Positions 1 to 12,565 of a stretch of DNA of 64,000 nucleotides are shown here, one piece after another (the stretch's first letter is position 1; every line of letters starts with the position of its first letter). This DNA is from Eledone cirrhosa. Its lineage: Eukaryota. The DNA lies in NCBI GenBank assembly GCA_964016885.1, contig OZ024742.1, positions 153,202,001 through 153,266,000 on the forward strand. Direction: 5' to 3'. The position numbers and the translations under genes are program-made. A model generated the notes under the pieces. The model saw nothing but the letters and a program-made list of their open reading frames with translations, had not been told where the DNA came from and searched no databases.

Positions 1-230
1 AAAAATTCTCACTCCAGGGACTTGCTAAATATAGCAGAATCCACGTTTGAAAATGAAGGTATTCTATGCTGAATCATTTGGCGCATATCTATGCTTGACG
101 ATAAATAATATGCCTTCATCGTTTTCAGTAGCGGCGACTTATATATCATGAGCAGCATTTATGCATATGCCTGATGGACTACTGTAGTATTTATTTCTTA
201 TTGTAAAGAATATATGCTAGATCCCGTTCC

Positions 231-506
231 TCATCTGATATACCCCTCCAACATCGAAACATTGGCAAATATCTGAAAACGATTGCCGCATCTTAGCATG
301 ATAATACATCCTTCACCAACCTCTCCACCATCCATGAGAACTGATAGAACTTGCGTGTTTTTCATACTTAATTGTTTCGTCCTCGACATCATTCCATTAC
401 AAACACTAGCAGAAAAACTACCTTTCGGGTGGTTTTCTGCTAGCATGTGTAGTGTGCATATTGATATTATACGCAAATATAAATACATATAGATATGATA
501 CATCAA
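231..506 (-). pseudogene. Possible decayed Helitron/PIF1-helicase fragment
   Basis: Translation GEGCIIMLRCGNRFQIFANV resembles PIF1 motif III (GGKxVxLxGDFRQILPV); 266-320 recurs nearly identically at 24579-24634. Confidence 0.35.
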
Positions 507-734
507 ATGAAATCATAGTTGACACTATGCACAGAAATTGAACGAAGTCTGCGTTACCCTCTTCTGTAATCAGTAAAGTAATCCATGATACTTTAAAAAA
601 AGACGATATTATAAATGTGAATTACTCCTCTTTAACACCTAGGGTTTTTTTATGATGGCTAAATATTGATCTTACGAGATATTCACATACACAAGTCAAT
701 ACGTACCTACACATTCGTATATATACACACACAC

Positions 735-788
<54 letters not shown>

Positions 789-883
789 TTTTACACATTC
801 TGAATCCATCCGCCAAAACCGGGGTTACCTCCCTGCAGAGTAAACACGCTGGGTAATGACTCCAAAATTACTATTGCATTGGA

Positions 884-1020
884 ACCCGCTCGCCGAAGTG
901 GAGCCTTGTTCGATCCTTATACCAAAAACGTACAATGATAGTAGGCAGTATAATTGATTTAGGTGTCACAGAAACCTCCCACTGGATTATATCCCACATC
1001 AATTTCCAGGAGGTTCGGGT
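884..1020 (+). ncRNA. Degenerate type I hammerhead ribozyme with long stems II and III
   Basis: Stem I ACCCG(884-888)/CGGGT(1016-1020); decayed core CTCGCCGA; stem II GTGGAGCCT/AGGTGTCAC; GAAA(971-974); stem III CCTCC/GGAGG then TT. Confidence 0.5.
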
Positions 1021-1037
1021 AAATTCTTTTGTTTAAT

Positions 1038-1194
1038 CTGTTTAGCTTACTTCGTTCTTTTTGGCCCCGGTGGCTTATAGCTTCATGACCGCCGTTTTCA
1101 GTTTGTTTGGCCTATATAACGTATGTTAATTGCTCTGGTCTTCCTTTAGTCCATTGAACGCTTGCCGCATATCTAGAAAGTTGCGTTTCGCTTT
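1038..1194. repeat. Dispersed repeat, second diverged copy at 40854-41012
   Basis: Colinear similarity, e.g. atgttaattgctctggtc vs atgtttattgctctcgtc; tgaccgcc..tcagtttgt.tggcct.tataac in both. Confidence 0.7.
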
Positions 1195-1342
1195 GCAGAC
1201 ACTAATGTTTCTGGTTTCAACATCTGTATTTCTATTCGCATGGCAACACAAGAGCAAGAATGAACTGTTCATTCTACTGACATGGCTATAAAATTGAGGC
1301 TTGTTTGCATAATTGCAAACGAATCGAATGTTATTATTAATA

Positions 1343-1520
1343 GAATTGGCAGTATCGATAGAAGGTTAGATGCCATCCTTTCTAGCATAGTTACGTCTCT
1401 TTACGGTCTGAGTTCAAATTCCTTCGAGGTTAACTTTGCCTTTCATCCTTACGGGGTCGATAAAAGAAAGTACCAGTAATGTAGTGGGTAATTGCTGGTC
1501 TTGTGCCAAAAGTAGAAACA
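1343..1520 (+). mobile_element. tRNA-derived SINE (MetaSINE-type), 10-bp TSD
   Basis: B-box-like GAGTTCAAATTCC; core TTTGCCTTTCATCCTTACGGGGTCGATAAAAGAAAGTACCAG; TSD ATTATTAATA at 1333-1342 and 1521-1530; empty paralogous site at ~1961-1975. Confidence 0.85.
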
Positions 1521-1639
1521 ATTATTAATATTCGAAGAACTCAGATTACATTTATTGTACTCAGCCATGTAGAGCGAAATTTTCTTTTTTATTTAAATTT
1601 GGCAAAGCCGGCTATTGATGGCACGTATACAGGAAACCG

Positions 1640-1730
1640 ACTGGCCAGTCTGCTGATATGTCAATATGGCTGATCAGTGGATCTGCTAATATGCAGATAT
1701 GACTGATCAGCTAGTCTGCTAATATGCAAA
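1640..1730 (+). repeat. Short tandem repeat, ~3 units of ~34 bp
   Basis: Unit approx. ATATG(G/A)CTGATCAGnnnnTCTGCTAATATGCAG. Confidence 0.7.
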
Positions 1731-1809
1731 TCACGCCGAACAGTCACTGTGTATTTTTGAAAATAGCATATATTTTCACTAGCTCTGACAGTTTGGCATG
1801 TGAACAGTG

Positions 1810-1857
1810 AGCTGTACTGATGAAGGATGATACCCAGAAACATTAGTGTCTGTAGTT
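1810..1857 (+). ncRNA. Type I hammerhead ribozyme motif (stem II eroded)
   Basis: AGCTGTA-CTGATGA-AGGATGATACCCA-GAAA-CATTAGTG-TC-TGTAGTT; GUC site at 1850; stem III one base from palindrome CACTAGTG. Confidence 0.65.
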
Positions 1858-2043
1858 ATGTCTGCATGCAAGTTCTGTCTGCATGCAAGAATGAAGTGTT
1901 CATCCTACTGACATGGGTATACAATTGTGGCTTGTTTGCATAATTGCAAACGAATCGAATGTTATTATTGATATTCGAAACACTCAGATTGTATTTATTG
2001 TAATCAGCTATGTAGAGCGAAATATTCTTTTATATATATATAT

Positions 2044-2249
2044 ATAAAGAATGAATAATAACAGGTAGACATCATAAAAATACTGCTCTGAGGAAACAGT
2101 GGTAACAGCATTTGATAATTGAGTTTTGCAAATAATTATAAATTTGCACATAGCATAACTAGGCTGTATAACAACCGTGGAAACATTTGTAAGCACACGG
2201 AATAAATTACCTTTTTTATGATGTCTACCTGTTATTATTCATTCTTTAT
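2044..2249 (+). mobile_element. ORF-less fold-back mini-element with internal hammerhead
   Basis: Perfect 37-bp inverted repeat 2044-2080/2213-2249 enclosing the HHR; follows a (TA)n tract. Confidence 0.75.
2084..2195 (+). ncRNA. Type I hammerhead ribozyme with long stem II
   Basis: TGCT-CTGAGGA-[stem II with ACAGC/GCTGT and TGCAAAT/ATTTGCA]-GAAA-CATTTG-TA-AGCA; GUA site at 2191. Confidence 0.7.
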
Positions 2250-2369
2250 CTGCACTCCGGAATACAGAAGGATCAGGAACTGAGTTTCTTCAACTATTTT
2301 TCCATAACTCGTTGAGTAACCCCTCACCGTACATCAACCCTATCCAGTGTAATAATTAACCATTATTGC

Positions 2370-3076
2370 ATTCAGGATAATCCTAAACATTTCTTGCATA
2401 ACATAATATATATTAACAACTCCCTGACAGCATCCAATAGTGTTGGCAACGGCATCCGCAGACGCAACCAGAATGACCGCGAAGTGACTGGGGAGCATGC
2501 AAAACATGGCGTGCGGAATAACAATCGCACCATCCCGCGTGCTGTGGGTTGTAATTGTGCTAACGACAGCTGCGGTAGCGCAGCTAACAACGTAGGCAGC
2601 AACAATGATAGCCTTATCGTGGGAAATAGACGGAACAGCGACAGAAATTGCAACTGCCGCGACAGAGGACGGTGCCCCTTAGAGGATACTGCTTGACCGA
2701 TAGGGTTATATATAGATGCACTATTACTAGCCACAATATCGTTAAACATTATATAGGGGCCACCTCCGGCCCGTTCAAAATTAGGTTTCGAACACATCTC
2801 CACTCTTTCACAAATAGAAAACTAAGGCACTCCACCTCGCTCGTGGACTACATCACATCACTAAAGGACTTAAACATTAGCTTCTCCACGCACTGGGAGA
2901 TTGTCGACAGGGCTGCACCGTACAACTTCAAGAGGAAATGCGATCTTTGCCTCATGGAGCTCTACCGCATCATAACTGCACCCCACGAGCTCATCAACAG
3001 CAGAGCTGAAACAGCGATAAGTTGTACACATCGCTTAAAAATATCCTTCTTTAGATGGGTTAAGAATGGAGAGTGA
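2370..3076 (+). pseudogene. 5'-truncated Naiad-type PLE: linker zinc motif plus GIY-YIG endonuclease, frameshifted
   Basis: CNCRDRGRCPL / GYCL across a frameshift near 2685; VIYRC...HYIGATSGPFKIRFRTH; C-terminal CDLC and CTH. Confidence 0.85.
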
Positions 3077-3324
3077 AATAACACACTGGATCTCCCTGCA
3101 ACAAGTCTTAACACCCCGGCGGGCAGGCGCAGCAAAACAACACCCAGAAAACGATCCCTGCATACCAAAAATTATCCGGGAAAGACTGCCCTAACACCGG
3201 CCAAAGTTACCTCCCTTGACCTGCTGCAAAATCAAAACAAGATATTTTTGCTAACAATGAATCTTGATGTCGATTTAACCCCCAAATCTCTTTCCAAACT
3301 ATATAAGGAACACTTGTGACTGTT

Positions 3325-3369
3325 TATGCCCTTGAGACGCCCAACTGGGCGAAACGTACGTAGGTGATA
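3325..3369 (+). ncRNA. Minimal hammerhead in PLE 3' end, variant core TTGAGAC
   Basis: TATGCCC-TTGAGAC-GCCC AACT GGGC-GAAA-CGTACG-TA-GGTGATA, followed by AATAAA at 3375; ~250 nt after the GIY-YIG stop. Confidence 0.65.
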
Positions 3370-3581
3370 TTTTCAATAAACATGTTTTAACGGTCTATTC
3401 TCCGATTTTTCACTTTCCCACGTGCTTACGCTCTGCTCACTCTCTAGCCCACTAAATATTAACACTTCGAATATTTAATACTGCCGGCACTAGTATCGAG
3501 CACCTTTGGCATACGCTACTTGGCAAATAACTATATGTATCACCTATCCCTCCTTTTGTTCTCTCTTTCTCAATACGTTAA

Positions 3582-3622
<41 letters not shown>

Positions 3623-3750
3623 AAGTTATATTTAAAATTGTTGGGTTACAACTAGTAAATATTTATAACTGATATAAAAGCACTCGACAAATACTTGGAG
3701 TATATTTACAATATTAAATAAATGGAAAACTATATTTATAAAACCATATT

Positions 3751-3816
3751 TATTTCATTATATATATTTCGGGGATATCATATTAACAATATGCTATGCC
3801 TTCATCAGACAAAATA
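3751..3816 (-). ncRNA. Type I hammerhead ribozyme, intact core
   Basis: Reverse complement of the 10075-10140 motif. Confidence 0.9.
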
Positions 3817-4187
3817 CAATATAAACAGTTTTATAGATAAATATATTCGACATACCGTAATAAACATCAACTTCATTTGAAGAGGTTCACTCTAGCAGTG
3901 AAAATACAGAGAGAAAGAAAGAGAGAGAGAAAAGAGGGAAATAGGAAAGAAAGAAAGACAAAACGAAGAAAAGGAAGAAAAAGAAGAAAAAGAAAAAGAA
4001 GAAATGCATGGGACAAAATAGAGAGATGGAAAAATAGATAAAGCGAAGAGCTTCATGTAAAGAGACAGAAAGAGATATATATATATATAGAGAGAGAGAG
4101 GAAGTAGAGATAGATACATATATAAATATAGATATAGAAAAATTAGGTAGTGGGAGGTCATTTTGAGTAAGTGTATCAATGATGCAT

Positions 4188-4222
<35 letters not shown>

Positions 4223-4879
4223 GCTCAAGTATTAATGTAAGGGAGATATATAGAGAGATATAGAGAGATATAGAGAGAGAAAAAAATTTAAAAATAGCCA
4301 GACATATTCGAGGCGTAGAGAACCCTATGTTTTAATGTATTAGTATTTATAAAACTTACACTATATTGTAAATATCAGTATTCCTGAATGAAACAAGTAT
4401 TCACAATGCGTGAAAATTCATTATCTTATGTTTAGTTGTTTAAAAAATTCATATGTCTATGTGAATCCAACTGATTCACTCCGCAAATTCAAAGTTACCG
4501 GAAAACATTCTCAATGTGGTATAAAAATTTGAGCGTATTATTATTCTTGCGATTACTCTACAAGATTATCTATCAAGCAGAAATAGAGAGCAGATTTCAA
4601 TATACTAATCGAAAATATATATTATATTATAAGCAGAGATAACAATAATAATGATAATAAGTAAAAATATATAAAAATATAAAAATATAGAATAGAAAAC
4701 TAAAAAAGAATATTACGAAAGAATATTACATAATAAAAATATTGCATATTAAAAATACTACGTATTAAAAATATTACGTATTAAAACTTTACATATAAAA
4801 ATATACATATAAAAATATTAAAAATAAAAATAAAATAAAATAAAAAATAAAAATATTATAGAATACTACAATACTAAAA

Positions 4880-5340
4880 GAATAAAAATAAAAATAAAAA
4901 TAAAAATAAAAATAAAAATAAAAAAAAAAATAAAAATAAAAATAAAAATAAAAATAAAAATAAAAATAAAAATAAAAATAAAAATAAAAATAAAAATAAA
5001 AATAAAAATGAAAATAAAAATAAACCACAAAGAACAACCCTTCAAAGTTAATTGACAATATATTGCCAAGTTCACTACAAGACAAAGCCAAAAATTATCT
5101 ATCAAATCACATCTAGCAAGGAATATCGCAAAAAAAGATTATGATGTCCAATAATGTCTACATATGTTCCTATATTTAATATATAAGTTTATCAAGTGTA
5201 AGGTTAATTCAAAAAATTTGGAGCATCGGCTTTTAGGGTAGCTTAATTTTTCATGAGGAATGTTTAGATAAAAATAAAAATAAAAATAAAAATAAAAATA
5301 AAAATAAAAATAAAAATAAAAACAAATAAAATAAAATAAA
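4880..5340 (-). repeat. (TTTTTA)n arrays in PLE 3' UTR, mirrored at ~8520-8592 and ~8840-9010
   Basis: Hexamer arrays; copy number differs between the two arms. Confidence 0.9.
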
Positions 5341-5432
5341 CAATAAAAAGAGTAAAAAGAGGGAATCAAAGATTTAGGAAACAAAAGATTTATCGGCTAG
5401 TTCTCATATAAATATAAATCAAACTAAATATA

Positions 5433-7490
5433 CTACATTTTAAATTTAAATTTATATTTAAACGTTGAGTTTAATCTATCTTTGCAACAACTGAATACAT
5501 TTGTCCGTAGGTTAAGGGAATTTTTAGATTTTAGTATAAAGAATATCTCCTCTGCGCAAAGGTCACATGTCTCAGAGGATTAATTAAAAGGAATCCCTCT
5601 TGAGACTATATTCCAAGCCGTCGAATATCTAACGTTATCTAGCTTAAGTTGCCAGAGTACACCTGATAGTGCCGTTAAAGATTTTTTATTTGGATCTGTG
5701 AAAGAATTCTTGTGGTTATTATAGCGAAGTTTAAATTCCGTCGATGTGGAACCGACGTAGTTAAAAGAATTAGAGTCAGTATTAACATTACAATTGTATA
5801 CTATATTTTTAACTAAGCAGTTGTTATTTAACGGACATTTAGATCTATCTCTACAGTTACATTTGTTAACTTGTATATTATTTATGCTATTATCAGTAGG
5901 TTTTAAGTTCCTATTATTTATTCTATTAATATTTTGTGCTAAATTTTTGGTGGATGAGTAGGTTAATTTAATTGTATGCCTATTGAAGATTGAGTGGTAC
6001 CTATGTGTTCTAGGGAAGCGATTATCAAGAGCTTTGAAAAATAATTTAGCGATGTGGGTTTTAATGTTTAGTGAGAAAGGGGGGGCAAACCAAATTATGT
6101 TCCTAGTTCTATTTCTTTTTTGTCCTTTGGAATTATTGTAATGCTTTCTATTATAGTTGTTAATGTTGTTGCCGCCATTAAAAAAGTTGTTACTTTGTTT
6201 AGTTTGTTTATCATTATCTATGTACACAATCTTATCAGCATACCCTGCCCTAGCTAGTGCATCATTATAGTATTGGGCCTTTTCGTCAAAAATCTTTCTA
6301 TTCGACGAGATCCTAGAGATACGTTTTTGGACTGAGTTTACTATAGTGTTTTTGACAGATCTGGGGTGGTTAGAGTTAAAGTTGACATAGTTTAAGTTTT
6401 CATTCAACTTGTGAAAAGGATAGTGGAGACATGTGTTGAGATTTAATGTTATATCTAGGAAATTGACTATTCTATGGTTGTTCTCAATTTCTATTTTAAG
6501 GTTAAAGTAATTAAAACATTTTGTAATTTGTTTACATTTTCTATTTAGTTCAGGGTTATTATTATTAATAAGTAAAAGCATGTCATCCCTATATAAACCT
6601 CCGGTAGTACCAGGTATTTTCCTATGTAGCGAATTGATTAAAAATAAGCCCACAAGGTCAGTTACCTGAGCTGAGTCGGAAGATCCCATAGTTATGTCAA
6701 AATTGCTATCTCTATCTGCTCTGGTCCATAATTTGTCATCAAATTCTATCAAAGTTTTCCTAGCCGATAATATAATATGCATTTCTTTGCTAGTTAGGTC
6801 CGTATGTTTGAATGCATAATTTAGTGCCTTATTTAGTAGACTAGGGGTAATAGAAGAATAATAGTTAGCTATATCAAGTTGAATAAACCTATTATTATTG
6901 TCATATTTAATTTGCCTAAACCACTCAACAACCTCTCCAGTTCCCTTCCACAAGCTCAGGTTAGATACATAATCCAAGTTCTTAATTTGCAGTATCACCC
7001 TGTCAAGAATGTTTTTGCTTAATTTGCCCAGGTCCGATTTTGAAGGTGCGATCAATCTAACTGGCAGGTCAATCTCAAAATTCCTCTTGTGGTCCTTCAT
7101 ATTGATCTTCGGTTTCCTGGGCACGAAAGGTTGTGTTCTGTTCTCAATTTCCAACTCATGCATTATACAAGATGCTTCAACATTCATTTTCACAAGTTCG
7201 GTCTTATCTGCTACCTTGTATTTTTTCCTCAACTCTTTCAGTATGAGGCCATTATACATGTCTTTCTGCACTCCATAGAGGTTGTTGGTCTTGTCAGATT
7301 TCACCAAGATCTTCTCAGTTTTCTCTAAGCTCTCAATGTTGTCCTTAATGCCTTTCAGATATTCCTGGCCTTTAAAGTTTCTCTTGAATTTGACCCCTTG
7401 TATGATAGAAATTATATCGTTTTCAAAGTCAGATAAAAGTTTGTTAGGGGGTGGATTTCTTTTAGATTTGAAAACTTTGTTTAAGTCCGT
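5433..7490 (-). pseudogene. PLE (Naiad) reverse transcriptase + GIY-YIG endonuclease, 5'-truncated, one premature TAA at 5580-5582
   Basis: Frame open from ~7490 (FKSKRNPPPNKLLSDFEND...KSDKTNNLY); QLDIANYYSSI, MGSSDSAQVTDLVG, GLYRDD, VNFLDITLNL; CNCRDRSKCPLNNNC; IVY...YVG; after the stop the frame continues SSETCDLCAEE to TAG at 5433. Confidence 0.93.
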
Positions 7491-7497
7491 TTAACTT

Positions 7498-8423
7498 TGT
7501 CAAAAACACTATAGTAAACTCAGTCCAAAAACGTATCTCTAGGATCTCGTCGAATAGAAAGATTTTTGACGAAAAGGCCCAATACTATAATGATGCACTA
7601 GCTAGGGCAGGGTATGCTGATAAGATTGTGTACATAGATAATGATAAACAAACTAAACAAAGTAACAACTTTTTTAATGGCGGCAACAAGATTAACAACT
7701 ATAATAGAAAGCATTACAATAATTCCAAAGGACAAAAAAGAAATAGAACTAGGAACATAATTTGGTTTGCCCCCCCTTTCTCACTAAACATTAAAACCCA
7801 CATCGCTAAATTATTTTTCAAAGCTCTTGATAATCGCTTCCCTAGAACACATAGGTACCACTCAATCTTCAATAGGCATACAATTAAATTAACCTACTCA
7901 TCCACCAAAAATTTAGCACAAAATATTAATAGAATAAATAATAGGACCCTTAAAACCTACTGATAATAGCATAAATAATATACAAGTTAACAAATGTAAC
8001 TGTAGAGATAGATCTAAATGTCCGTTAAATAACAACTGCTTAGTTAAAAATATAGTATACAATTGTAATGTTAATACTGACTCTAATTCTTTTAACTACG
8101 TCGGTTCCACATCGACGGAATTTAAACTTCGCTATAATAACCACAAGAATTCTTTCACAGATCCAAATAAAAAATCTTCAACGGCACTATCAGGTGTACT
8201 CTGGCAACTTAAGCTAGATAACGTTAGATATTCGACGGCTTGGAATATAGTCTCAAGAGGGATTCCTTTTAATTAATCCTCTGAGACATGTGACCTCTGC
8301 GCAGAGGAGATATTCTTTATACTAAAATCTAAAAATTCCCTTAACCTACGGACAAATTTATTCAGTTGTTGCAAAGATAGATTAAACTCAACGTTTAAAT
8401 ATAAATTTAAATTTAAAATGTAG
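7498..8423 (+). pseudogene. Inverted duplicate of the PLE ORF 3' part, with +1 frameshift near 7948
   Basis: ORF 7628-7963 matches the minus-strand protein; gaactt->gaccctt; same TAA at ~8274. Confidence 0.92.
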
Positions 8424-9670
8424 TATATTTAGTTTGATTTATATTTATATGAGAACTAGCCGATAAATCTTTTGTTTCCTAAATCTTTGATTCCCTCTTT
8501 TTACTCTTTTTATTGTTTATTTTATTTTATTTATTTTTATTTTTATTTTTATTTTTATTTTTATTTTTATTTTTATTTTTATTTTTATTTTTATCTAAAC
8601 ATTCCTCATGAAAAATTAAGCTACCCTAAAAGCCGATGCTCCAAATTTTTTGAATTAACCTTACACTTGATAAACTTATATATTAAATATAGGAACATAT
8701 GTAGACATTATTGGACATCATAATCTTTTTTTGCGATATTCCTTGCTAGATGTGATTTGATAGATAATTTTTGGCTTTGTCTTGTAGTGAACTTGGCAAT
8801 ATATTGTCAATTAACTTTGAAGGGTTGTTCTTTGTGGTTTATTTTTATTTTCATTTTTATTTTTATTTTTATTTTTATTTTTATTTTTATTTTTATTTTT
8901 ATTTTTATTTTTATTTTTATTTTTATTTTTATTTTTATTTTTATTTTTATTTTTATTTTTATTTTTATTTTTATTTTTATTTTTATTTTTATTTTTATTT
9001 TTATTTTTATTCTTTTAGTATTGTAGTATTCTATAATATTTTTATTTTTTATTTTATTTTATTTTTATTTTTAATATTTTTATATGTATATTTTTATATG
9101 TAAAGTTTTAATACGTAATATTTTTAATACGTAGTATTTTTAATATGCAATATTTTTATTATGTAATATTCTTTCGTAATATTCTTTTTTTAGTTTTCTA
9201 TTCTATATTTTTATATTTTTATATATTTTTACTTATTATCATTATTATTGTTATCTCTGCTTATAATATAATATATATTTTCGATTAGTATATTGAAATC
9301 TGCTCTCTATTTCTGCTTGATAGATAATCTTGTAGAGTAATCGCAAGAATAATAATACGCTCAAATTTTTATACCACATTGAGAATGTTTTCCTGTAACT
9401 TTGAATTTGCGGAGTGAATTAGTTGGATTCACATAGACATATGAATTTTTTTAAAAACTAAACATAAGATAATGAATTTTCACGCATTGTGAATACTTGT
9501 TTCATTCAGGAATACTGATATTTACAATATAGTGTAAGTTTTATAAATACTAATACATTAAAACATAGGGTTCTCTACGCCTCGAATATGTCTGGCTATT
9601 TCTTAAATTTTTTCTCTCTCTATATCTCTCTATATCTCTCTATATATCTCCCTTACATTAATACTTGAGC

Positions 9671-9701
<31 letters not shown>

Positions 9702-10074
9702 ATGCATCATTGATACACTTACTCAAAATGACCTCCCACTACCTAATTTTACTATATCTATATTTATATATGTATCTATCTCTACTTCCTCTCTCTCTCT
9801 ATATATATATATATATATCTTTCTGTCTCTTTACATGAAGCTCTTCGCTTTATCTATTTTTCCATCTCTCTATTTTGTCCCATGCATTTCTTCTTTTTCT
9901 TTTTCTTCTTTTTCTTCCTTTTCTTCGTTTTGTCTTTCTTTCTTTCCTATTTCCCTCTTTTCTCTCTCTCTTTCTTTCTCTCTGTATTTCTACTGCTAGA
10001 GTGAACCTCTTCAAATGAAGTTGATGTTTATTACGGTATGTCGAATATATTTATCTATAAAACTGTTTATATTG

Positions 10075-10140
10075 TATTTTGTCTGATGAAGGCATAGCAT
10101 ATTGTTAATATGATATCCCCGAAATATATATAATGAAATA
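10075..10140 (+). ncRNA. Type I hammerhead ribozyme, intact core, palindromic stem III
   Basis: TATTTTGT-CTGATGA-A-GGCATAGCATATT GTT AATATGATATCCCC-GAAA-TATATA-TA-ATGAAATA; 8-bp stem I; predicted cut after A10132. Confidence 0.9.
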
Positions 10141-10178
10141 AATATGGTTTTATAAATATAGTTTTCCATTTATTTAAT

Positions 10179-10314
<136 letters not shown>

Positions 10315-10324
10315 TATTGATACA

Positions 10325-10600
10325 AGGAATTCCAACTTTGTCCGATTTACTCGTTTTATTTACAATCCTTTAAAATTTATTCTAGGTGAGGTGAGAGTTA
10401 AGTTTTCAATTTTCAACCGTTGAAAATTGAAAACTTGACTGTTATCACACAATTTGAACCTGAAGATTGCGAAAGCATGAAAGTACTTGTTCAATTTTCA
10501 CTTAACATTTAATATTCTATCATACTATTTCATTCTAAACCATTATAAATTTTAAAGGATTGTAAATAAAACGATTAAATCAGACAAAGTTGGAATTCCT
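10325..10600 (+). mobile_element. ORF-less fold-back mini-element with internal hammerhead
   Basis: 56-bp inverted arms 10325-10380/10545-10600; internal palindrome ~10391-10448; HHR inside; TA-rich flanks. Confidence 0.8.
10454..10494 (+). ncRNA. Minimal type I hammerhead ribozyme
   Basis: TTGAAC-CTGAAGA-TTGC GAAA GCAT-GAAA-GTAC-TT-GTTCAA; 6-bp stem I, GNRA-capped stem II. Confidence 0.85.
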
Positions 10601-11374
10601 GTTATTAATATAATCTTCTAAACACAATCATACACTCTTGTGTATATTCATCTATATATATATATTTATATATTAGTTTTGCGAGGTTTTTGATTTGAAA
10701 TCGTGTGTCGAAACAAATATTGTTATACCTGGGGAGGGTCATATTTGTGTAATAATATTGCCAGAATTAATAATAGAACACATTCACTGAGTGTGTTCTG
10801 TAAAGAGGTATAAACGTTTGGAGCTAGAAGGCCAACAGACGCAGGTATGGATATAGAATATAAATACAAATGCAAAAGATATGGCTGACAAATAGTCTCT
10901 TACCTTAAATTTATTTGAATAACCGTAATTTTCGAGGTAATATCTCTTCTTCGGAGGGAAGTAAAGGGGTTAATCCAGTGTTCTAATTAGCTTGCCAATT
11001 TATGCTGACAGGAAATGGTATAGAAATTCCATTCTATTTCTAATGTCAAAGAGTGAAGGTTAGCTGGATAAAGAGTTGTTTCCTTTTAAAAAGGGGTTTG
11101 GACATCTATGTTTAAGTGTGTGTGGGAGAATGCGTGAAAGTGTAAGTATGCGTGTGTGTGTGCGTATGTGTGTGTGTGTGAGTTTGAGAGGATATGTTTA
11201 TATGTAAATGTGGGGGCGAGATGCTCTATCATGTGTGTGTATGTGTGAGAGAGAATATGTGGAGGTGTAAGCGTGTGTATGTGTGTGCGTGTGAAAGAGT
11301 GTGTGACTGAGGGTACGTGGAGGTGTAAGTGTGGGGCTATGTGCTCTATCATGTTAAACATTGGGTGTTGAGTT

Positions 11375-12565
11375 CTAGTTTGTTATTGATTGGCGGTTGT
11401 GTTTTGTCTATAATCAGTGCTTCTTTAATTCTAAGATTGCCGAGGTTTCTCTCCTTAGCTTCTATCCTAACTATTATGTTTTTTCGGTGTTTTTGCATTT
11501 CACTAGGTGTTTCTTAAATGAGGAAGCGTTAGTATTGTGGTGTTCTTTTATTCTTATGTGAAGTGGTCTGGTGGTGCTACCTATGTAGAAATTGCTGCAT
11601 TTGTCGCACTCTAATCTGTATACGGCGTAAGCATGGTGGCCTAGGTCTGTGTCGTTGATGGGGCAGTTGGCTAGCCTGCAGCGGCTGTCATGTCTGGTGG
11701 ACTAGAGTTGTTAGGTTAGCTGCCCGCGTAGGGAAGGTCCTGAGTCGGGTAGTTGGATATCTAGTCCCTCTCGTCTGATAGCTCTGCGGATGGCTGTTGT
11801 TGTTTCGTCACTGAAGTGTGGGAGCTTCAAGAAGCAGGTGTTAGTGGCTCGGGTGTGGTTTCCTCTGTTGTTTGTGGCACGGTTCGCGGTGGACGTCGGG
11901 TATCCGTTCAGTTTAAGTACTTCCAGGAAATCTGTGGGGTGTGTGTCTCGGTTTCTTGCGTTGGTGAATTTGTTCCAGATACGTGTAGTTCGTTCCTTAT
12001 GTAACCGAACTTAGCGCTGGCTGGGAGGGCCGATCTGAAATGTACGAACAGGTCCCCGCTGGGGCTTGTTTATAGAAGCAGATGTGTATGTCGCCTTCCT
12101 CTGTTTCCCTGAGTTGGAAGTCAAATAGGGTAGGAATCCGCGGTCATCGGGGTGTTCCATGCTGAACTTTATACTGGCGTCCATGCTGGAGAATGTCGTG
12201 TATAATTTATTCGCTTCTTCACGGGATGATGTAAGGATGAGTATGTCATCTACATATCGTGTGAAGAAAGCATAGGAATGGCAGGTGTTGAGAGCTCGGC
12301 ATTCTAGCTGGTTCATCTAAGCGAAGGCCAGCAGGCCCGATAGGCTGAATCCCACTGTTAATCCTGTTCCCATTAAGTATGTGTGGTGGTGGAAAGTGAA
12401 GTACGTGTTTTCGACTGGCAAGGCCAAAAGCTGGTGTATGTCCGTCGGATGGAGGCCGTAACAGTGGACGTCCTCTGCGACCACGCATTCCGTCAATAAA
12501 TCGACAGCTGGATGAGCGGGGACTGTAGTGTAGAGGGAGAAAACGTCGAGGCTAAAGGCGTATCT
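11375..12565 (-). pseudogene. Degenerate non-Naiad PLE (Penelope/Poseidon-like) RT + GIY-YIG
   Basis: FSLDVFSLYTTVP; FFTRYVDDILIL; IKFSMEHP; AVYRLECDKCSNFYIGSTTRPLHIRIKEH; stops and frameshifts. Confidence 0.85.

Noticed and set aside
1640-1730. CRISPR-like periodicity
   Set aside because: Contiguous tandem units without unique spacers; eukaryotic context, no cas genes
4789-5384. FYFY/IFIF ORFs (also 8472-9103)
   Set aside because: Translations of (TTTTTA)n arrays in the PLE 3' UTR
5433-7490. Selenoprotein-type Naiad (UGA at conserved Cys plus SECIS)
   Set aside because: Linker and C-terminal Cys codons are TGT/TGC where readable; the internal stop is TAA at a non-Cys position; the TGA near 49635 is not aligned to a conserved Cys; no convincing SECIS seen
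10905-10960. Minus-strand HHR remnant CCGAAGA-AGAGATATTACCTC-GAAA after the 11375 PLE
   Set aside because: Plausible position but no stem I pairing
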